A stretch of DNA of 12,602 nt from Granulicella sp. (lineage in GTDB: Bacteria; Acidobacteriota; Terriglobia; Terriglobales; Acidobacteriaceae): assembly GCA_027339965.1 (NCBI GenBank), contig DAHWNL010000024.1, positions 1-12,602 on the forward strand, given 5' to 3'. The notes below the pieces were generated by a model, which saw only the letters and a list, made by a program, of their open reading frames with translations, was not told where the DNA came from and ran no database searches. The translations under genes were made by a program, and so were the position numbers. Below, piece by piece: positions 1 to 6,696 of this stretch (position 1 is its first letter; every line of letters begins with the position of its first letter).

Positions 1-135
1 CGCTGGATCGTCCAACGCAGCTTCGCCTGGCTGGGAAAATGCCGCCGGCTATGGAAGAACTGCGAGCGCAAACTGAACACCAGCCTGCAAATGGTCCACC
101 TGGCATTCCTCAGGCTCCTGCTCAAGAGATCGTAA
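1..135 (+). CDS. IS5-family DDE transposase, C-terminal fragment running in from the window edge; possibly inactive
   Basis: Frame +1 translated by hand: RWIVQRSFAWLGKCRRLWKNCERKLNTSLQMVHLAFLRLLLKRS*, stop TAA at 133-135. It matches the IS5-family C-terminal signature RW.VERSFAWL...RRL....ER, but codon 13-15 is CAA (Q) in place of E. Absent from the ORF track because the start lies outside the window. Confidence 0.88.
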   Translation, partial: RWIVQRSFAWLGKCRRLWKNCERKLNTSLQMVHLAFLRLLLKRS

Positions 136-143
136 ACAGGCTC
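1..143 (+). mobile_element. Right end of an IS5-family insertion sequence; terminal inverted repeat at about 128-143, candidate target site TA/TAA at 144-146
   Basis: GATCGTAAACAGGCTC (reverse complement GAGCCTGTTTACGATC) overlaps the transposase stop and is followed by TAA. This fits the GAG-starting termini and TA/TNA targets of IS5-family elements. The left repeat is outside the window, so the boundary is inferred. Confidence 0.75.
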
Positions 144-1165
144 TAAGAGAGCAAACCCTCCGTCTGCGCTCGTGGCGGAACAGGTGCATATCCGTTCGCT
201 ACATACCAGAAACAGGCGGCGCGTAATGCCCCCTCCACGCTTCCCACTCGAAGTCCCAACTCACGCTCCGCCTTGGCCGAACTGGCAAACATCTTCTTTC
301 GCCCCATCTTCACCGCCTCTACCGTCGCCCGAGGCTCCTTGCCCAGCAGCTTTCCTGTCAGCATCTCATCGAAGAACGCAAACACCATAGCCAGCGCATG
401 CGGCACCTTCATGGTCGGGGACTTGAGACCTGTTATCTCCGCAAGTCGATCCAGAATCTGCTTCAGCGTCAGATTCTCTCCACCCAGGATGTACCGCTCC
501 CCCACGCGGCCGCGCTCCAGAGCCACCAGATGAAGCCGGGCGACCTCATTTACATCCACCAGATTTAACCCGGTATCCACATACGCCGGAAACCGTCGGT
601 TCAAAAAGTCCACTAGGATCCTTCCGGTCGGCGTAGGCTTGGCATCCATGGAACCGATCGGCGTGGTCGGATTCAGCACGATCACCTCCTGCCCCGTGGC
701 AGCCGCCTCCAGCGCCACCCTCTCAGCCATCCACTTGGAGCGCTTGTAGTGGCCGATCATGTCAACCTCGCTCACCGGGGTCTGTTCATCCACCACCGTG
801 CCATCGGCCTTGAAGCCCATGGTGGCCACGCTGCTGGTGTACACAACGCGCCGTACACCCGCCTGCCGCGCCAGCAGCAGCAGCTTCCGGGTCCCCTCCA
901 CGTTGGTCTGGTACATCTCGGCCGCATCCGGCGCCCACAGCCGGTAGTTGGCCGCTACATGGATCAGAGCCTCACAATCGCTCAACGCGTCAGCAAACTG
1001 CTCCGGCGCGCGGAGATCTCCAACCACCAACTCCGCACCCTTCGGCAGCCGGGAGATGTTCGAACTGGCCCGCGTCAGCAGCCGAAGCTTGGCCCCTTGC
1101 GCTTCCGCAATCTGAGCCACATGCGCCCCCACAAACCCTGTTGCGCCGGTAAGAAATATTCGCAT
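143..1165 (-). CDS. hpnA: Hopanoid-associated NAD-dependent sugar epimerase/dehydratase HpnA
   Basis: 340 aa. Rossmann motif TGATGFVG, HVAANYRLW, YTSSVAT, catalytic YKRSK (YxxxK), KPTPTGR, GERYILGGEN. AAGGA lies just upstream of the ATG. Sits in a cluster with shc and hpnH. Confidence 0.92.
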   Translation of the reverse strand: MRIFLTGATGFVGAHVAQIAEAQGAKLRLLTRASSNISRLPKGAELVVGDLRAPEQFADALSDCEALIHVAANYRLWAPDAAEMYQTNVEGTRKLLLLARQAGVRRVVYTSSVATMGFKADGTVVDEQTPVSEVDMIGHYKRSKWMAERVALEAAATGQEVIVLNPTTPIGSMDAKPTPTGRILVDFLNRRFPAYVDTGLNLVDVNEVARLHLVALERGRVGERYILGGENLTLKQILDRLAEITGLKSPTMKVPHALAMVFAFFDEMLTGKLLGKEPRATVEAVKMGRKKMFASSAKAERELGLRVGSVEGALRAACFWYVANGYAPVPPRAQTEGLLS

Positions 1166-1300
1166 AGGTCCTTGTAAGCAGCGCCTGGAGTAACTCTTCC
1201 AAGCTCTTCACCCGGCCAAGAGAGCATCTTTGCCGTACGCAAAAGATCCACACCCTGGCTGAGTCTTGCTGTTTGCTTCAGTCGGTCCTTCAACAAACCG

Positions 1301-1759
1301 CTAGTCGAGCGCCTCTGGTTCAATGCGAATGTTGGTTTCGCCCGCGGCCTTCTTCTCCCAGTAGTTCTTCAACCATGCCTCAAAGGTCTTGCCCGCCGCC
1401 GTATCCCGTCCGCTAAATTGAAGGGCTGCCACATCGGCATAGCGGACGGTGACTCGCTTCACGGCTGCTCCCGGCACCGGCTTTGGAATCAATCGGATCA
1501 GGGAGTCTTCCAGCGTCGCGCCACTGCGCCGGTCATACAGATAGCCTTCCACTGTGGTTCCGTCCTTACAAGTGACCGTGACGTCACCACGGTAGTCAAA
1601 GGCCTTTTCCAGCGCCTCTCGCACCTCTGACTCGGTCGCCAGCTCTGGAATCCATCCCTCCAGGTTCTCTCTTTCTCTCCCGGCCACAACCTCCAGATCA
1701 TCCGCAGCGGCATGCTGCAGTTGTTCAATCTTCAGGTGCTCCTGTTCCGCTGTTGCCAT
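1301..1759 (-). CDS. Hypothetical protein, 152 aa, with an Sm/LSm-like beta-barrel pattern
   Basis: The ORF track starts at 1837, but ATG 1759 (MATAEQ...) is preceded by GGAGG and is the better start. Globular composition; co-oriented between hpnH and hpnA. Contains ALEKAFDYRGDVTVTCKDGTTVEGYLYD and RVTVRYADVAALQF. Confidence 0.8.
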   Translation of the reverse strand: MATAEQEHLKIEQLQHAAADDLEVVAGRERENLEGWIPELATESEVREALEKAFDYRGDVTVTCKDGTTVEGYLYDRRSGATLEDSLIRLIPKPVPGAAVKRVTVRYADVAALQFSGRDTAAGKTFEAWLKNYWEKKAAGETNIRIEPEALD

Positions 1760-1974
1760 CTTTGCCCTCCGCCTGCCACTGGCAGTCCTTTTGACGCCGG
1801 TAAAGTGCCGCTCTGCAGCGTTGCAAAAATCTCTCACCCAGGAACATCGCTGCAGATGCCGGCTGAAAGATCAACCTTTGCTTAGGCTGCCACCCCGTAG
1901 AATGCCAGCCTCGGTTTGCCTCTCCACCGTCTGGCATGCTTGGTTCGCAGCAGGGGGCAACCTTCCATCAGCCC

Positions 1975-3135
1975 CTAGTGACCCGCAGCGCCGGACATCT
2001 CCTCCACGGACTCTGCGGTCGTGACCACCACCTGCTCGGTCTTTGGGCCAATCTGCACCAGGGGTCCATGGTTCGCAACCGGCCACTCGCTCAACAGCCG
2101 TTGCGCATCTTGATCTTCATACATCGAAGGAAACATATATTTCTTCGCCGTCTCCCAGAACCCCTTGAGCGAGCTAAAGTTATAATCCACCGCCGACGCC
2201 TCATGGCCGGAGTGCACCATGCAGTTGGCGCACTGCGGATTGCCGCTTTTGGCTCCATACTTGGCCCATTCCACGGTCTCCATCAGTTCCTGGAAGCTGT
2301 CTGCATAGCCGTCCTGTAAGAGGTAGCAGGGCTTCTGCCAGCCAAAGATCGAGTACGTCGGCATACCCCATGGAGTGCACTCAAAGTCGCGCTTGCCCAT
2401 CAGATACTCTGCAAACAGAGGATGCGTGTTGAACTGCCAGCTCTTCTTCCGGTTGGAGAGGATGGCGCGAAACAGCTTGCGTGACCGCGCTTTGCCAAGG
2501 AAGTGGTTCTGGTCCGGGGCCTTATCATAGGTGTAGCCCGGTGAGACCATCATGCTCTCAACTCCGGCGCCCATCAGTTCATCAAAGTGCGCTCTTACCG
2601 AGTTGGGATCGGCTCCATCAAACAGGGTCGTATTCGTCGTCACCCGGAATCCAGCCGCCACAGCAGCGCGAATTCCCTCCATCGCAATCTCGTGCCCGCC
2701 CTCCCGGCACACGGACAGGTCATGATGCTCCTTCTGCCCATCCACATGTACTGAAAAGCTCAGGTACTTGGAAGGCTTGAAGAGATGCAGCTTCTCCTTG
2801 AGCAAAAGCGCATTGGTGCAAAGGTAGACATACTTCTTCCGTTCTATCAAGCCGGCTACAATCTCGGGCATCTGCGGATGAAGCAGCGGTTCTCCGCCGG
2901 GGATCGAAACCATCGGCGTACCGCACTCCTCCACCGCCCGAAAGCACTCTTCAGGCGTCAACTGCGCCTTGAGAATATGCGCCGGATACTGAATCTTGCC
3001 GCAGCCGGCGCAGGCCAGATTGCAGCGGAAAAGCGGCTCCAGCATCAGCACCAGCGGATACCGCTTCCGTCCCGCCAACTTCTGCTTCAGAACATAAGTG
3101 GTCACGGTCAACATCTGCGAGATGGGGATGCCCAT
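1975..3135 (-). CDS. hpnH: Adenosyl-hopene transferase HpnH (hopanoid radical SAM protein)
   Basis: 386 aa. RYPLVLMLEPLFRCNLACAGCGKI (CxxxCxxC), SIPGGEPLLHP, CTPWG, GWQKPCYLL, CANCMVHSG. Strong SD AAGGAG at 3150-3145. Confidence 0.96.
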   Translation of the reverse strand: MGIPISQMLTVTTYVLKQKLAGRKRYPLVLMLEPLFRCNLACAGCGKIQYPAHILKAQLTPEECFRAVEECGTPMVSIPGGEPLLHPQMPEIVAGLIERKKYVYLCTNALLLKEKLHLFKPSKYLSFSVHVDGQKEHHDLSVCREGGHEIAMEGIRAAVAAGFRVTTNTTLFDGADPNSVRAHFDELMGAGVESMMVSPGYTYDKAPDQNHFLGKARSRKLFRAILSNRKKSWQFNTHPLFAEYLMGKRDFECTPWGMPTYSIFGWQKPCYLLQDGYADSFQELMETVEWAKYGAKSGNPQCANCMVHSGHEASAVDYNFSSLKGFWETAKKYMFPSMYEDQDAQRLLSEWPVANHGPLVQIGPKTEQVVVTTAESVEEMSGAAGH

Positions 3136-3286
3136 GCTGAATCACTCCTTTTGGCCGTACTTGCGGCACGTACTTCCTTCTTTTCACAACCTTGCGCTAC
3201 TGGCTTCCAACATGACGGTCAACATCTCCACTTCCGTCACATCCCCGGGCTTTCCATCCGATCTTCGCTGCCCTGCGCTGCACCTT

Positions 3287-5308
3287 TCAACCCGATTCAC
3301 CCGCTGCCCGCTCCATCGCCTTGCGGTAGGTCGTCAAAGCTAGCAGGGGGAAGTACTGCTTATAGAAGTGGTAACCCAGGTAAAACACCTTCGGGAATCC
3401 CGTTCCAGTGTAGTAGCTTTCTCCATTGCGTCCCGGCATCAACTCACTCCAGGAACCATCCTCTTGCTGCCGTTCAATCAGCCAACGAACTCCCTTGGCC
3501 ACTGAATCCGAGCGGGTATCGTTGGCTGCCAGTAAACCCAGCAGCCCCCAGGCCGTCTGGCTGGGCGTAGAAGGCCCAACCCCCCGCTGACTGGGATCGT
3601 CATAGGTCCCGGCAGTCTCCCCCCATCCGCCGTCGGGGTTCTGCACCATGCGAATCCATTCGGCTGCCTGCTGCACGGCCGGCTCCAGATAGCTCACCTC
3701 CATCGCCTGCAGGCCACGCAGCACCAGGAAGGTGCCATAGAGGTAGTTCACGCCCCAGCGTCCAAACCAAGCGCCATCCGGCTCCTGCTCCTTCAAGATG
3801 AACTGAATCGCCTTCTCCACCCGCTTGTCGCGGCGCGTATAGCCATAGCTGGCCAGCATCTCCAGGATGCGGCCGGTAATGTCCACCGTGGGCGGATCAA
3901 TCATCGCATTGTGATCCGCAAACGGAATCGACTCGAAGATCTTCTTGTTATTGTCCTTGTCAAAGGACGCCCAGCCACCGTTCTTGCACTGCATGGCGAA
4001 GACCCACTGAATGGCTCTTCGCGTCACCTCATGTTGATAACGCTCGCGAGGATTATCCACGGCCTTCAGCGCCAGCAGCACCTCTCCGGTATCGTCCACA
4101 TCCGGTTGGTGGTCATTGTTGAAGAAGAAGCACCAGCAGCTTGGCTCGGCAACCTTCACGTTGTGGGACCAGTCACCCTTGGAGCGTATCTCCTTGGAGA
4201 GCAGCCAGTCAGCCGCCTTCACCAATCGCGGATCATTTCTGGCCAGCCCTACCTCGCCCAGCGTCGAGAGCACCTGCGCCGTATCCCATACCGGCGAGAA
4301 ACACGGCTGCATCCGGAAGGTCGGAACAGGATAATCCGGCGTGCCTTCGGGGCAATCAATTCCCAGGCGCTCAAACTCATCCAGGGCACGAATCAACTGC
4401 GGATCATCCTTCGAGTAGCCCAGATACACCAAAGCGACAATCGCATTGAGCATCGCCGGATAGATCGCACCCAGGCCGTCGGAACGTTCGAAGTGATCCA
4501 GAATCCACTGCTCGGCCTTCTTCAATGCCACCTTTCGCAGAGGCCGGATATGCACCCGCTCCGACCAGTGCATCAACCGGTCGGTGAGCAGAAAGAAGTT
4601 GCGCCATGAGAACAACCGCTTGCGGTCAAAACGGAGGTGCAGATTCGCGCCGTCGCGTCCGCCCACGAACAGCTCATCGATTGTCTGCTCAGGAGCCAAC
4701 TTCTTGAACGGCTTCTTGGCGTAGATGATCGATAACGGCACCAGAATCGCACGCGACCAGGCGCTGATCTCGTAGATGTTGAAGTAGAACCACTTCGGGA
4801 ACAGAATGATCTCGGGCGGTACCGCCGGCACGGCGTCATAGTCATACTGGCCCATCGCGCAGAGATAGATCTTCGTAAAGGTATTGCACTCCACTACGCC
4901 GCCCAGATCGAGAACCCGCTTGCGCGCCTTCACCATCAGCGGATGATCCGCCTTCCAGCCCATCAACTTCAGCGCCAGATAACACTTCACGCCATAGTTG
5001 ACATTGCTGGGACCGCCGGGATACAGGCTCCATCCGCCATCTTCGTTCTGGTGGCGAAGAATCTCATTCACAGCGCGCTCCATCCGGCCTCGGTCTCCGG
5101 TGCCCAGCAGCGTGTGCATGAAGATGTAATCAGACTCCAGCATGGAGTCGGCTTCCAACTCCGCGCACCAGTATCCAAGCTCGTGCTGCTGGCCCAAAAG
5201 CCAGTTGGTCGCAGCTTCAATACCTTCGCTGATCCGTTCTATTGCGAGGTCGATCCGCCCAAATCGTGGCTGTGCCATTGTCTGCGGATTGGGTCTTTGT
5301 TTACTCAT
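3287..5308 (-). CDS. shc: Squalene-hopene cyclase
   Basis: DxDD catalytic motif PDVDDTG. QW repeats QNEDGGW, QCKNGGW, QEPDGAW, QNPDGGW, QQEDGSW. Also WFGRWGVNY and TGTGFPKVFYLGY. Start is uncertain: GTG 5338, ATG 5308 (chosen) or ATG 5278. Confidence 0.97.
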   Translation of the reverse strand: MSKQRPNPQTMAQPRFGRIDLAIERISEGIEAATNWLLGQQHELGYWCAELEADSMLESDYIFMHTLLGTGDRGRMERAVNEILRHQNEDGGWSLYPGGPSNVNYGVKCYLALKLMGWKADHPLMVKARKRVLDLGGVVECNTFTKIYLCAMGQYDYDAVPAVPPEIILFPKWFYFNIYEISAWSRAILVPLSIIYAKKPFKKLAPEQTIDELFVGGRDGANLHLRFDRKRLFSWRNFFLLTDRLMHWSERVHIRPLRKVALKKAEQWILDHFERSDGLGAIYPAMLNAIVALVYLGYSKDDPQLIRALDEFERLGIDCPEGTPDYPVPTFRMQPCFSPVWDTAQVLSTLGEVGLARNDPRLVKAADWLLSKEIRSKGDWSHNVKVAEPSCWCFFFNNDHQPDVDDTGEVLLALKAVDNPRERYQHEVTRRAIQWVFAMQCKNGGWASFDKDNNKKIFESIPFADHNAMIDPPTVDITGRILEMLASYGYTRRDKRVEKAIQFILKEQEPDGAWFGRWGVNYLYGTFLVLRGLQAMEVSYLEPAVQQAAEWIRMVQNPDGGWGETAGTYDDPSQRGVGPSTPSQTAWGLLGLLAANDTRSDSVAKGVRWLIERQQEDGSWSELMPGRNGESYYTGTGFPKVFYLGYHFYKQYFPLLALTTYRKAMERAAGESG

Positions 5309-5452
5309 AAATTCCAGAGAATCATTCCGCTCTGCCACTCACCTGGCTGGCGCGCCAGACTGCTCTGTCCCAGGCGGTCCCAACTCCTGGCTCCATCCGA
5401 AAAACACGCATTTCAATACGATGCCGACTCATGATCAGCGCCGGGATCCTGC

Positions 5453-6478
5453 TCATAGAGAAGCGCCGGGCGCCGATGTGGGCGCCGATGCAATCGCGGA
5501 GACGATCTCCTCCGGCAGGCCGAACCGTACGTTCTCCGGCATGACTTCCACCTCGTCTACAGAGCCGTATCCCTTGCTCTGCAAATAGGCAATGACCTCC
5601 TGCACCAGAATCTCGGGTGCGGACGCGCCGGCCGTGATGGCAACCGTCTGCACGCCTTCCAGCCACACTGGTTCAATATCATCTGCTTTATCAATCAGAT
5701 AGGACTGCGTCCCGATCTTCTGCGAAACTTCCACCAGCCGATTGGAGTTGGAACTGTTTCGCGATCCTACCACCAGCACCAAATCCGCCTCATGCGCGAC
5801 GTTCTTTACTGCCGACTGGCGATTCTCCGTAGCGTAGCAGATGTCCTGAGCATGGGGACCCACAATCTCTGGGAACCTCTTCTTCAGCGCCTCGATCATG
5901 TAGCGCGCCTCATCGAGCGAAAGTGTCGTCTGGGTCAGATAAGCAACCTTCTTGGGGTCCTCGACCACCAGATCTTCCACCTCCTTCACCGTCGAGACCA
6001 CCTGAGTGACATCCGGAGCCTCCCCCTGCGTCCCCTGAATCTCCTCATGATCGCGATGCCCCACCAGCACCAGCGAATACCCCTGCTTGGCGAACTTGAC
6101 TGCCTCAAGGTGTACCTTGGTGACCAAAGGGCAGGTTGCGTCGATCACCTTCAGATGCCGCTGTTGGGCTCCGTCCCGCACGGCCGGGCTTACCCCATGG
6201 GCGGAATAAATCACCCGTGCCCCTTCCGGCACCTCGTCCAGCTCATTGACAAAGATGGCACCCTTCTGGGCTAAATCATTCACTACATAGCTGTTATGTA
6301 CAATCTCTTTGCGTACATAGATCGGCGCGCCAAAAGTATCCAGCGCAATCTGTACGATGTCAATGGCACGTACCACCCCGGCGCAAAAGCCCCGTGGCTT
6401 CAGCAACAGAACTCGTTTGGTGGCATTTTTGCCCTGGTTCTTACGGACGCTGTCGGCAGACACGGAAGGTTGACTCAC
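5453..6478 (-). CDS. ispH: 4-hydroxy-3-methylbut-2-enyl diphosphate reductase (IspH/LytB)
   Basis: 341 aa, GTG start. The three Fe-S cysteine motifs PRGFCAGV, DATCPLV and DICYATENRQ are present, plus IVHN, SAHG, QTTLS, NSSNSNRL and TAGASAPE. Confidence 0.97.
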   Translation of the reverse strand: MSQPSVSADSVRKNQGKNATKRVLLLKPRGFCAGVVRAIDIVQIALDTFGAPIYVRKEIVHNSYVVNDLAQKGAIFVNELDEVPEGARVIYSAHGVSPAVRDGAQQRHLKVIDATCPLVTKVHLEAVKFAKQGYSLVLVGHRDHEEIQGTQGEAPDVTQVVSTVKEVEDLVVEDPKKVAYLTQTTLSLDEARYMIEALKKRFPEIVGPHAQDICYATENRQSAVKNVAHEADLVLVVGSRNSSNSNRLVEVSQKIGTQSYLIDKADDIEPVWLEGVQTVAITAGASAPEILVQEVIAYLQSKGYGSVDEVEVMPENVRFGLPEEIVSAIASAPTSAPGASL

Positions 6479-6490
6479 CCTCCAAGTATA
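6479..6490 (-). promoter_or_regulatory. Putative sigma70 -10 element TATACT for ispH and the hopanoid operon, probably leaderless
   Basis: Minus strand reads TATACT (6490-6485), then TGGAGG, then the GTG start: 6 nt between the -10 box and the start codon. No convincing -35 box. Confidence 0.5.
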
Positions 6491-6604
6491 CCTTCTTCAT
6501 CCCTTTCGCGGCTCTGATTTACCCACGAACCAGGGAGGAATCAAACCGGCGAACCGCACCCAGCTCCCTATCTTCGCCGCCCTTGCGTCGACAGTGAAAC
6601 CGGC

Positions 6605-6646
6605 TGAAAATTCCGGCTCCAGAAATGAAAATTTCGGCTCCAGAAA
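6605..6646. repeat. 21-bp tandem direct repeat, 2 copies with 1 mismatch, in the recN-ispH spacer
   Basis: TGAAAATTCCGGCTCCAGAAA (6605-6625) and TGAAAATTTCGGCTCCAGAAA (6626-6646). Related partial units TGAAACCGGC (6595-6604) and TCAAACCGGC (6541-6550). Confidence 0.9.
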
Positions 6647-6696
6647 GTGGCGCAGCCCCAAAGATCTCACCCGTTCCAAATCCGGCATTCCCCTCG

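Noticed and set aside
1226..1247. Hairpin ATCTTTGC-CGTAC-GCAAAAGAT upstream of hpnA as a terminator
   Set aside because: AT-rich bulged stem with no following U-tract on the coding strand.
1760..1837. 26-residue N-terminal extension of the hypothetical protein given by the ORF track
   Set aside because: The GTG start lacks a good SD, whereas ATG 1759 has a well-spaced GGAGG.
2785..4609. Plus-strand ORFs of 261 aa and 232 aa opposite hpnH and shc
   Set aside because: Antisense shadows with no recognisable domain.
5453..6478. ispH inside a hopanoid cluster as a novelty
   Set aside because: ispH next to hpn genes is already known in other hopanoid producers and fits precursor supply.
6595..6646. 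Tandem repeat considered as a CRISPR array
   Set aside because: Only two adjacent copies, no spacers and no cas genes.
6497..6688. 63-aa minus-strand ORF containing FLEPKFS-FLEPEFS
   Set aside because: The peptide repeat simply reflects the 21-bp DNA repeat, and there is no other coding evidence. It cannot be fully excluded.
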